A stretch of DNA of 64,000 nucleotides from Azolla caroliniana (lineage: Eukaryota > Plantae > Polypodiophyta): assembly GCA_043228905.1 (NCBI GenBank), contig JBHGNT010000014.1:16802001-16866000 (forward strand), written 5' to 3'. The number at the start of each line of letters is the position of its first letter. Within the stretch, counting starts at the first letter, position 1. The notes under the pieces were generated by a model. That model was not told the DNA's origin, searched no databases, and saw only the letters and a program-made list of their open reading frames with translations. Below are positions 13,029-25,200 of this stretch, piece after piece. Made by a program: the position numbers and the translations under genes.

Positions 13029-13075
13029 GCGGGTCTCCAAAACCAGATGTCCTATGTTCGAATCCTACAAGGTGT
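13029..13075 (+). pseudogene. Organelle-type tRNA-Trp(CCA) 3'-half fragment
   Basis: GGGTCTCCAAAACCAGATGTCCTATGTTCGAATCCTACA resembles the anticodon and T arms of plastid/mitochondrial trnW-CCA. There is no D arm or 5' acceptor strand. Confidence 0.6.
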
Positions 13076-13612
13076 CTTTATGATGAAACTAGAGAAAGGA
13101 ACCCACACCTCCAAGTGTTCTGTACATGGTGTGTCCTCAACTCAAACCCACACTTCCAAGTGAGTATGTGCTCCGAGTAAAAAAATATCTATTTCTTTGA
13201 AAAAACGAGCCTTCTTTCCATTATTAGAATTTGCATAGATACAACAATGTTCATTGTACACTCTTTGGCAACAAAGAATAGTAAATTCTTAGGTAACTTC
13301 ATTTATCATATACAAAATTGAGGGGAAGTATTGCGAGCTAGCAAAGCTAATAAGCTAGTTGGCATTGGAAGTTCCCTCTTCGCTTTTCATTAAGGTTTTT
13401 CTTGTTATTAGTCGAAGTCAAAGATTTTCCTGAGCTCAAAACATCGACATGTTAGCAGTTCATCTCCAACAACAACATCACCGATAAAATTGACATGCAT
13501 TGCAATATTCGAGGCAAATTTTCGGCATCCGAATTGTAGTAGTAATCGTGGAGGATACTTTGACCCATCCATGAAGGCCACTTTGAGCCGTATGGCCGGC
13601 TTAGAACCATTG

Positions 13613-16600
13613 CTAGATAGTGCCAGACATTGTTGTCGCTAGAGAGATTGGCATCAAACATAAACCTTTGCTTTGAAGGAATTGCATTGCCGATCCTATG
13701 CTCTCCTCCATGAGCCTCGCAACTTGAGTTTCCATCACTTCCATGTTTTCTTCACCAGGACCGGTTGTATTAATCCCCCGAAATAAGTTTGTCTCCGCAA
13801 AGTCAAAGTTTCCCTATATCATGTTTCAAACATTTAGCTATCGATAAATAAGGCTTGAATTATATTGAAAAATATATAAATTGTTTTTCATCATCTCCAC
13901 AATACCTCATCAGGAACAAAAGGTGCACCAACACCCGTACCACTTATTTTAATCATGCTTAGAACCTTTGAGCAAACATAAAAACGTTGGTCGGGTCAAC
14001 ACATTTTCAAGAAGAGAAAAAAGGACACATGAAATGGATCATACAATATTATCATTAAATAGGATTAAATTTTCTTGCCTTGACTTGTAATTGTAGGAAC
14101 CTCACATATTCTATGATCTCGTCAAGCATGGACGCCTTGTCTGTCTGTGTCCCAAAATGCAAGTGTTTATTAGAAAATTAATAAACAGACCTCCCATATA
14201 CTGAAAAGAAAAAGTGAAGGTGCTCAATACCTTGCTTACACTCGGAACAAGCTCTTGTAAGGCTTTCATTCTTTCGGCAATTCGTTCACGACGGAGCTAT
14301 ATCACATTGAAACAACATCATTTATAAAGATCCCCCCAAAAAAGCAAGATTAGATTCCCAACCCGACCATAGATAACATCACCAAAATAATTTGTGATAC
14401 AAGAAGATCACTAGATAACTAGTTGCAATTCACCATTCAACCATAGTAATAATTTGCATGTCCCATGCGAGTCGAAAAAAGTGATCATAGATTTCCTAGG
14501 CCTTCGAGCTATAGTTGGACTAATATCTATAGTGGTGTTCACAACACGTAAGTGATTAGGGCATCCTAGTCATCTACCTTAAATTACCGGGGTGTTGTAA
14601 CATCATCAATCAACGTGCCTTAACTATCAAACTTATTTACAATCAATACAAGATACATACACATCATCAAGAAGAAGAAAAGACTACAAACAAAAGACAC
14701 TTACCCGCTCGGCAATGCTATGTGGATCAGTGGCTTGCCCACGACGGGCCCTTACACGAGGTCTGGCAGTACCTGCGACAACTGCTGCGGCACCTTGAGG
14801 TTGACCTAACCCCGTGTGAGTTGTATATGGGGATCCGTGTGAGATTTGTACCTATTCATGAAGGCCACCTAAGAATCCATAGCTCAAATACCAATACAAA
14901 TCATCACAAAAATGAATACTTATATGAGCCACATACTTGGGGTCCACTTGGTCTTAGTTGTTGTCCTTGTGTTCCACATATTGGGATGAAAATGCTCTCA
15001 CTGGGTCCACATTGGGCCTTTAGACACACACATAAATATATTTTAGAGTGCTAGAATTGAATGTGAAGGAAGTCTTCAATAAAAAGTAATCATAATTTAA
15101 CAATTGAAGGCTTTGATTTTAACCCTCTTGGCTTGCAAATACACCCTAAATGATGTCTATGAACTAATAACACATGGTCTAGGAAATATACCCTACTATT
15201 ACACCTATAGGACGAGCTGCACAACAATAACTCGACTCTTGCCACCACTAGTAAAATGGAGGAAAGAAGTGAGTGAATGGAAAAACAAAATGCCCAATAG
15301 GATCACTTGCCCTTACAAGTCCGTAGGACCCCTATGTCGAGTGTCCAGACTAGGGATTTCCAAACTCTCTGAGGATTAGAAAAAACCCATCCACACATGC
15401 AAATGGGCCTACCTGTAGCCTTACTAGAAACTTCTGATCAAGAAGATTATGTGTATGTAAACATAACAAAAGGACCTATAAACATGAGCACACTTAATAG
15501 CCAAGTCTTCACCTAGCTACAAACGCTCATTTTGTTGTTGATTTCACATTAGACGAAAACATGAGGGAAAATTATAATGGGTAGGGTATAAAGGATGAAC
15601 CTCGTTAGGTTGACCGAAACCGATAGCCGACGATGAAGAAATTCCTCCCATATATGAACCTTGATGCCATAAAGGAAGTTGAGGGCTTGATCTACATGAA
15701 CCTAAAACAACAAGCACACCATATACAAATTAATCATCCATATATAGTCCATGCAAAAGGATACATTAAACCAAATATCACACACTTCCTTAAACCCCAT
15801 ATTCCATACCATATATTATTCTATATGTATGTATACCTTGGCCAATCCTTCTAACCATACTGTTGTGGCTTGAATTAGCATAATTCATCCCCTGAGAGTA
15901 TAGTTGATTGTTATTAGTATGATTGACACATGACCCATCACCTCCGTGTTGATGATGATGATACCCAATATCATGATGTGATTGAGCCATGCTCAAAGGA
16001 CCCCCAAGGATCATGGCATCATTATGCATGCCTTGTTGCTCCACATGAACTCCTACACATCACCCGCCATGTCAATATCATGATAAAGAGATGTTATTAA
16101 TCGCAAAAAAACCATGCTAGTTAACACATTACTCTATGAAATCATATTCTTATACATGTTAACACACATGTCCATGGTCCATAAGAACTCTTTCAAGGCA
16201 TCACCATGTGGATTATATCACTAAAAAGAGACGTGTTTCCAAAGGCATATAAATTATGCCAGTTAAACATATATTTTTCTATGTGCTTGCTTATTTAGTT
16301 AGCATATTGATTTGATCCTAAACAATACAAAGATGCATGGTAGGTAAGTTACACATATGTCCATATCTTTACTTTACACATACACACATAAATACGTACG
16401 CGTACACATGTACATACGTACGGATACACATGTACATACATACATATTATACCTATATAAATACTATTGAACTGATTCTTATGGAGAGAAGAACATTTAC
16501 CTATGGCATTCATATCAGGCCATGAATTAGACAATGCAAACACCTCCATTAGATCATCCATGTTGTTGCTAGATTGACTGGCAATCTCTTCCTTTAATTG

Positions 16601-16711
16601 TAGTTGTAGTTGTAGTAGTGATGATGATTGGTCCAGCCCTCTCCTTGGACCCACTGGTTGAGATGTTACCTTAAGAGGAAATGAGGTTTGTAAAGGATCA
16701 ACACTCAGCAT
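13613..16711 (-). CDS. LRL: bHLH transcription factor, LRL (ROOTHAIRLESS-LIKE)/subfamily XI type, about 382 aa in 9 predicted coding exons
   Basis: Phase-consistent exons: 16711-16501, 16052-15837, 15701-15601, 15017-14937, 14851-14705 ([20 protein letters not shown]), 14296-14231 ([22 protein letters not shown]), 14144-14079 ([22 protein letters not shown]), 13965-13906 (VLSMIKISG..) and 13813-13613 (LRL domain [30 protein letters not shown]; TAG at 13615-13613). The last five exons are secure. The N-terminal exons, the start codon (or the later MDDLMEVF) and possible extra exons at 15300-15435 are less certain. Confidence 0.92.
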
Positions 16712-16836
16712 AGGTGCCAAATCTGAAAGACTTTTTGTTTTTTTTATATAAAAAAAACAAAGAAAACATATGAAGAAATTAGGACCAAATTTTGGTTAGA
16801 TCAAACTAGATTTAACTACATAAATTAAACATTTAG

Positions 16837-17026
16837 TAGCCACATATTAATCATATGAAATGTTTTGGAAGACATAGTAATCTTTGTGAAATGTTGTAGC
16901 ACATTAGAACATATTATGCCCAAAAACCAATCTAATAGCCACATATTAATCATATGAAATGTTTTGGAAGACATAGTAATCTTTGTGAAATGTTGTAGCA
17001 CATTAGAACATATTATGCCCAAAAAC
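16837..17026. repeat. 99-bp-period near-perfect tandem duplication in the 5'-UTR intron of the bHLH gene
   Basis: TAGCCACATATTAATC...ATGCCCAAAAAC at 16837 and 16936. Confidence 0.95.
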
Positions 17027-17594
17027 AAATCAAATGAAATATAGGTGCATTAGCACAAGCCCAATTGCGAATTATATTACTTAATAACCATATGAGCATC
17101 AAAATAGACGCAGAAATTACTAATCCTATACGAACCCTATGGCATATGAGTGCATTAAAACAGACCCAACGCTTATTTATTCGTATACACCAATCATACT
17201 GAGGATTGTGCTCATTAAAATGGACCCAAAATGAATGGATTATAGTGGGTTTTCTTGACTGAAGAGAGAAAAACATAATCATTTGCTGATCATGCCCCCC
17301 CCTTCCCCCTTTAACTATGAGTTGCAACTAAATCCAGTTAGCGTTGGTAAAATACTTAAAAATAAGGTTTGTAAAACACTTAGTGAGTTAATACATAGCA
17401 TTACTCTTACTGAAACACATGAATTAAGGTTAGCAAAAAATTCTTTGGAAGTTAATTAGATAAGTAAAACACTTGGATGAAGGTTAGTAAAATAAATAAG
17501 AACTTAATTAATGATTAGTAGAATTAGGTAGATTAAGGTTTAAAAAAAAAGAGAGATTTGATTAAAATCAGTTGACTAGATTTTAAGTTAATAC

Positions 17595-18120
17595 CTGTGG
17601 GTATATGGGAGATGAAGAGCATGAGAAGGAAAAAGAAGAAGGAAAGAGACAACAGAAACAGGGGAATGCTCTGTTTTTTGTTTTGTTTTGTTTTTGTTTG
17701 CCTGCCCTTCTATATGTTCTCTCTCTCTCTCTCTCAATTTCTTTCTCTCTTTCACACACAAGGAGACAAAAGATTACAAGGAACAAAGTCACTCACTTGT
17801 TTATATAACACACACATACATGGAAAGAGAGAGAGAGAGAGAGAGAGGATTAGATCATTGTAGAGAATGTTTTGATGGTATCAAATGGTATAATAGGTAT
17901 AACAAGAGAAAAGGATTGTTAGGGAAAGCAAAAAAGTATTGTGAGTCTTTGTGATTGGGGAGGCTTGGGCCCTCCTTGTTGAGACATAAACAACAACAAG
18001 AAGATAAAATAAAGAGGAGTGTGTGTCAGTTTTGTAAAAGAAGAAAAAAGCTCCTAGATGGTAGCAATCATGTTAAAAATTGAATAAATGAGAACACACA
18101 CACACACACACACATTAGAG
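17595..18120 (-). promoter_or_regulatory. Probable non-coding first exon/5' UTR and proximal promoter of the LRL gene
   Basis: Minus-strand donor CAG|GTATTA at 17595/17594 and acceptor TTTCAG| before 16722. CT/GA and CA microsatellites are typical of plant 5' UTRs. The TSS is not located. Confidence 0.45.
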
Positions 18121-18704
18121 ATGCTAGCTAGGTCAGGTATTGCCTGGGCCCCTAGTCTAATACCACCCCCCCTTCTTCTTCGGTATACCTTCTCGCTTTC
18201 TCAAACTCGCGTATCGATACATGAGCCTAGTAGCAAGAGCAACGTGGCTTTTCCACATTGTCCCAACTCGGGTAAAAAAAGAAGAAGAAAAAGGAATGAA
18301 AAAGAGTAAAAGAAAGTTGGATTCACATATGCATGTAGTCTTTTCTCCTTGTGGCACTAGATAGAAGAAAACCAATGATGGTGTCTATAGAATCAACATC
18401 CTTGGTTGGTTGGAATCTTCAAACGTTCAATGTCGATTTGTTGTTGAAGTCTTACAAGACTAAGGTGCTTGAGCGAAATGAATGACATGACATCATGCTA
18501 AGGCGCAAGATGAAAGCATATTTCAATTTATGTGTATATTAGGCACACGATTTACTGAACACTTTGGTCTTGTGTTGAAGTGTTGCATGAGATGCATTCG
18601 AAAGGAATAATATGAACTAAAACACAATGTCGAAAAAATGTTTTCTTTGAACATTGATCAATCACATTACCACTCTTTTCACACTACCTGACACGAAAAA
18701 AGTT

Positions 18705-19205
18705 AGATTCAAGGCGACATGTGTTGTCACAAGGCCATAACAAACTAGATACAACAAAAAATGTGCGTAGAATCCACATGGTTGTCGTGGGAGTCTTCAA
18801 TATTTCAATATTGAGCTTCATGATCTTCTGTGGAAGTGTTACGACAAATATGAGCATGCCAAGGGATTAATGTTGCCTATGAAGCATCATGCTTATCTGT
18901 AGTCTTCAATATTTCAATATTGAAGTGTTACGACAAATATGAGCATGCCAAAGGATTCAAGGCTACGTGTGTTGTCATAAGGCCATAACAAACTAGATAC
19001 AACCAATAATGCACTTATAATCCACATGCTTACCGTGGGTGTCTTCAATATTTCAATATTGACCTTCATGATCTTCTATGGAAGTGTTACGACAAATATG
19101 AGCATGCCAAGGGATTAATGTTGCCTATGAATCATCATGCTTATTTGTAGTATTCAATATTTCAATACGAGTTTTGTGATCTTCTATTGAAGTGTTACAA
19201 TAAAC
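18705..19205. repeat. About 248-bp tandem duplication with internal partial repeats
   Basis: GATTCAAGGC..GTGTTGTCA.AAGGCCATAACAAACTAGATACAAC at about 18707 and 18954. GAAGTGTTACGACAAATATGAGCATGCCAA occurs three times. Confidence 0.85.
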
Positions 19206-22200
19206 ACGACACATTGAATGAAAAGGTATAAAAGCGCGGTGAAAAACTTGTTTTCAAAGTCCAATATGACGCGTGTGATGGATAACACACGCATCACAAC
19301 CTTTAAGCACTACACAACATTAAAAAAGGTTGGGTGCATATTGTTTGTGGTTGTACCCATTCTAGCCTAGATCACGTCGTATCAATAATGTTGCCTAAAA
19401 TCAACATCCATATTGGAACATCTTTGGTCTCGTGACAAAGTGTTATAACAAACACATTTTCTCGAAAGGATTAAGATGACATTACATCCTATAGCATATG
19501 GAAGCCATTGCTTTTGTATAGTCAAAAGACACGTCGTGACTTTTTTGTAGTACCTGAAATGCAAAATATTGAATTCACATTTGTGTGTGCATTTTATGAA
19601 TGAGTTTGATATCATACTAAGCTAGAAGAATAAATATTTTCCTAAGATCTACAAGTTTACCATGAAGCCTGAACTACTCAAATTACATCAAGCTCTTTGG
19701 TTTTTTTTCATGGTGTTGAAGCAAGCATATGAATGTGATAGGAATAATATGAACTAAAGCATATTTTGAAACCAGAAGCTTTAACCATCCATTAAATACA
19801 TCACAGTTGTATTATGCACTATCCAACATGGTAAAAATCGGATTCATAAGTGCATGTGGTTTGAACAAAAATGTTGATTATATTCAACATCTTACTATGA
19901 AGCTTCAATTGTTCAACATTGAGATTTTTGTTCTTGTGCTTGCTAATTGAATAAAAAGATGTTACGTACTCAAGTGTAATGTTAAAAGATTGTCTTTATA
20001 CTTTTGTGAAGCACACCATGACCTTTTCACACTCCCTAACATGTAAGAGGTTGGATTCATAGACACATGCCGTTGTCACCACACAAGAAATGCCAAATTA
20101 CAATAGTGTTTACCAAAATCTCAACTTTAATAGATGCATACACACACACACACACATCATGGTAAAGCGGTAAACAAAGGCTTAATGCTTGTTATCCATA
20201 AGAAGTTGATCAACCATACGTTGATGATTGTTGAGCGTTGTGCAAAATTTCTTTTGGTAAAGGCATCTTCTTTATGCCAAGCAATAAGAGATTGTTAATG
20301 CCCTTCACTTCGACATTGAGGAAAAGTTCAATCCCCATGTCTGAAACTAATAATTTCAAAAGGTTAATTCATTAAGATTGATCAACCATCGACTGATCCT
20401 ACATAGATGCTTTTGGTTAGGGGAAACCATGTTTGTAGGAATTTTTATGCTCCAAAGTTTTGTTTAATCACATAATGTTGACATGCTTGCCCTATTTGAG
20501 TCAATTTTCTTTTGACACAAATTGGCAATTAATTGATTTAATTCACCATTATCATCATGTACACAAACAATTACCCCTCCTTATCGCCACCTATTTCTTT
20601 GTAGCATTTGCTAACTATTAAACAAACAAAAAATCACTCAATTACAATAAAGCATTCTACTTTTTATAAAACTTTGTTTATATGTGCATCTTAGTCCTTA
20701 GAAACTCCGTTGAGGTTGTCCTTTGTAACTTGAGTTATAGGTCCACTAATTGCCCATTTTTCTTGAAGCTTTTTATCACTTGCTATACTTTCCAAGTGAA
20801 TTATAGTTGTTTCACTTTGACTTCATATGTTATTGTCTATTTCCCTATGCCATTTAGAAGTTGGTGGTAGTATATAGATGCATGTAGAATAACACTTGTA
20901 ACAGTAAAGCAATATTAAAAAATGATCTTACAATAATAGATTCAGGATGCTAAAAAGGCAACATGAAATAACACTTTCCTTTAGGGTGCGAGAATTTATT
21001 AAAAGACGAGATTGATCAAGGTTAATGAAGTTTAATTCAAAGTATGCTTCTCACATACATAAATTACAAAGGAAATCTCACACATAGAAACATGTAATTT
21101 GTCTACTTGATGGTCTTTCTTATCTTTTCTATATATTCTATTGACCCACTTCTCTACTTGGGATCATGATTTACAAGTCTGTCGCAAATATTGAAGAGTA
21201 TTCATTGGAATCATCTTTTCCATTCTACATTAATGGATATAGACCTAGACAATCTTATTTCATTTCTAAAAGGGGTGTTTATCAAGTCAATGATCTAACG
21301 AGAAATGACAGTCATTTGATCTTGTTTATGGAGGGTGCTAATAGGTACCAATTGTGTCTCTCTCAAAGAGCTACTTGAGATAAAATAGAGGATATGGTCA
21401 ATTATTGGGTACCATTTTCACCACCGGAGACACAAAATAGGTTTCAAGATTGGAATCTAATTGCAACGTCAAACGGGACTCTATAAGAATGTAACATGAA
21501 CATAACTTCAATCAATATATGTGTTCTATAGTTCTACCCTCTACTATTTGTAAAACACACAATCACATGGATTCGACAATAGATCAATTATCTTGGGCAG
21601 TCCTACATAGAGGAAACCTTATTATTCTCATTTTCCTCAAATAAATATACAAGCAACTTCTGTGACCATAACGCATCTACCTAATGCCCACAATGCACCT
21701 AGTGGGGCATATGATTCACCACTAGACCATCATGAGGACAACTTTGTAATTCCCTATTTTAAAACTAGAGTGGAGTTATTTGTTCATTGTTATTCCACGA
21801 TTATTAGCTATAACCATGCATACAATGTTCTAGGTTGAGCTGAATGTTGATACTAATTATGTACCCCAAAATTGTATTGACGCATCTAGAGATTATTTAG
21901 AACATAATGTTTCTTACTCTCATTAAACTAAGGTGCTTTGTCCCAACAAAGTTTATGAAAGCATACATTTTATAAAAGAAATGTCAAAAGTTTCCACAAG
22001 CTTTACATTGGCTTGGAGGAGAATATTCTAAGCATCATAAACTATATAGATAAATTATTACTTTCTTTAACAATCTATAATAACCATTGAAAAAGTAAAT
22101 AGGTAAATAATGTCCTCGAGGAGCAAGTTCTATATACGTATGTATATTGTTGGGTTCATAATTTCAAGTTCCGACTCTATCACTCTTCATACGATCTTGC

Positions 22201-25200
22201 CCATGAAAACCTTATACATGGTGAATTATTAATGTTTTAGTGCCGTGGTTGACCAAATATAATTCAATCCTCAATGTTTTGCGTCGAATTATTGTAGACA
22301 TGGTTCAAATGCATGTACTGGAATACAAGCCCAACATGTTGAGTAATTATTGAACTCTAAATATTGTGTATAGTAGTCTACATAGCTTTCAAGATTCAAC
22401 CCAAGACCTCCCTACAAGAACTCTTCTGGTGAATTCATGAATCATATAGAAAGTTTGGGGTAGATTTCCAAACGTGTTCACGTTCATATTTAGTTTAGAA
22501 CAACGAAAAAGATATGACTCAACTTTGTCAATGGTAAGACATACTTCGTCATACATGTAAGAATCAAAATTGATCAATATTGCCCATCATCAATTTCACT
22601 TTTCTTACGTTTTTACTTGTTGACAATAATAATAGCTTCATTTTGGAAAAAAAATAACAAAAATAACAAAAATAATAAATCGTCCTAAAGTAAAATCTAG
22701 TTGGCATATATGTAGACATCCTTTCATAATTGCAAAGATGTCATGTCAAATAGATAGAAACATATCCCATTAATTTTTACTTATGCCTCTCTCCCTCCCT
22801 CTCTCTCTACTTGACTTCTCCCTCTATCTATCATTTGTCTTTCTATATTCACCTACCAACGAACAAAAATAGAGGATTCCCTTGAGGGCCACGTTGAACT
22901 CTTGTCTCAAAGTGTTTATTGCTAACATATTCATCATTGTGCCCCCTTTCTTTGAGTAAAACAATCCAACTTAGTTATGGTTGATATTCTAATTTCTAGT
23001 CATTTTAATGCAAAGAAACACGAGCCAAAATGGTTGAACCAATAGATATAAGTTGGATACGTCAAAGATTTGCATATGAATCAAAATTGGTTTTCAACAA
23101 AAACAAATTGTTGTAAGCAATGCAACTTTTTCTAGTTAAATGAAGATGCTCTTTTGGAAAGGGAGAATAATACGAGAACAAGTTTTCTTTAGTCGTATAC
23201 AGGGTAAAATAGAAAAGTAGGCTTCTGATTCTTAGCTACTAAAAAATGATGCTTGATCTTTTTCAAGATTATATCGACATTTTGGTCAAAAAGTTATTCC
23301 TTAATATTGTGAAAAAAGGATTAGAGAATCAAATAGATATCTCCCTTGCTATAGATGATGTGTGGCATAAAATAGTGAGCTTTATAAAACAGGCTATGGC
23401 AAATCAATGTACATGTAGAATGTTGGATGCATCATTCTTTTATACACGAATGCTTGGTTGTTTCATCAATAGAAAATTTCCTCTAAAACATATCTTGATA
23501 TCCGCTATGATTAGAAAAATAAAAGTTACGCATAACTCCAAAAGAATGCAAAATGTGTACTTCGTGAAAGGAATGTTAAGTCTTGACAGTTGACAATAAT
23601 TTTATTGGCAAAGGTCAAATTTATTTATACCACTTTGAGCAGGAGCAAGGTCATAAGAAACGTAATATAATGGTGTGTTTGTTTGTTGTTTGATTAGCAA
23701 TGTTAAACAAATGGTAAGTCTTGCCATTTGACAATAACTTTATTGGCAAAGTTAGAACTTAACATAATCACGTGTTTGTTTGGTAAAAGAAAAAGAATGT
23801 CAAATCAACATTTTTAAAGGCGGCTTCATATGCTTTATAATAATTTCATGTTCTTTGAAATTCTGAAAATTACAGTCGTAGATGCTTTAAGTGTCGTGCT
23901 GTTATTTATGATATATAACAATGTTTACAAAGTTACACTTTTATTATGAGTTTTAGGTTTATCCATGGGTCATGACCTTCAATCTCTAGAAGGGACAATG
24001 TTCCATTTGAGTTTGAAATCTCATAGTTTTCATCGAAAACATTCGTGAAGTTGCATCGTAGAAGCATTTCTAAATAGAAATACTTGAAAATTAGATTCAT
24101 ACCATAGAGGTCACATTTTATAATAATTGAGTTTACCTATTTGACTAGATTTGCTTCCTGCTTCAATACTATTTACCCCATACATACATCGTTATCGGTT
24201 TACATACCAAATGTTCATAATCACCCCTGGTCAAGCATAATTGGATTACAAATATGTAGTAAATATAATAAAGTATTCACCCTTGTTTTGCTCTCTCTCT
24301 TAGCATTATCATAAGGAAAAACATTGTTTCAACCCTTAGGTTGTTATAATGATTTGTAAAGCATAAATTTAGGAGCAAACGAATACCATGTGTGGCATAT
24401 CGAATTGAAACATAGTTTCTCTATAATGAAGAGTTGTAAGATACATAAAAAAGAAAATTATTCTTATTAGATGATTCTTTACATGTATAACTTGGAAATC
24501 TCCACATACTAAATAGATGCAAGGGGGGGTTTGGAAATTTTACCTTCCAAGAGAGTGATGGCAAGGATTATGTCAGCCAATGGGGCTTTTTACTCACTGA
24601 CCCATACTTGGTCTAAAAATATATCACAATTGAGCTATTTTCACTCGGTTTTATGGGGTAACAAGTGTTTTTACACCCAAGGGGGAACCACCTAGATTGA
24701 TCGTCCATTTCATTGAGACCCACACTCTATGCTTAAAAAGGTGTGGCAAGGTCGGTCACACAATCAAACTCAAGCGTACCAAATCAGTAACACAAGGTTA
24801 TTTAGTCCTACACAAAAGTACGCAACATAGAAGAGGTCAATGCAACGATAATAGTGCTTAATTAAAATAAACTCATTCTTCTATGCTTATTTAGGCTTTA
24901 CAAAAGGGTCTTATATATGAGTAGTTAAGTTACCTTTCCTACTTAACTCTACCTACATAGCGACGAATGAGTCTTACACCAATTGAACGCATAGTAATTA
25001 CTAATTATGATTGATGGAAATCCTCAAGGTTAAATTTACAAATTCCCAAAATGCCCTTTCATTTATATTCCATATTTATGCTAAATTATACTATCAAATG
25101 TCTTGTCCTATTTTATTGAAATTCTATAAATGGCTAACAAAAAAACAATGTTGTCTCATTGTGCTTTAAATTCTTGTTCTCTCCTGTTTGTTTATTGTTA

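Noticed and set aside
15290-15435. Additional LRL exon(s)
   Set aside because: Splice-like sites exist, but I could not find a convincing phase-consistent open exon. Left out of the model.
15980-15995. miR171-like TGATTGAGCC
   Set aside because: Only about 10 nt match, antisense within a coding exon, with no precursor hairpin.
19266-19315. Helitron 3' hairpin
   Set aside because: An imperfect hairpin is present, but it is not followed by a CTRR terminus at the expected distance.
24640-25100. Old solo LTR
   Set aside because: LTR-like texture, but no definable termini or TSD.
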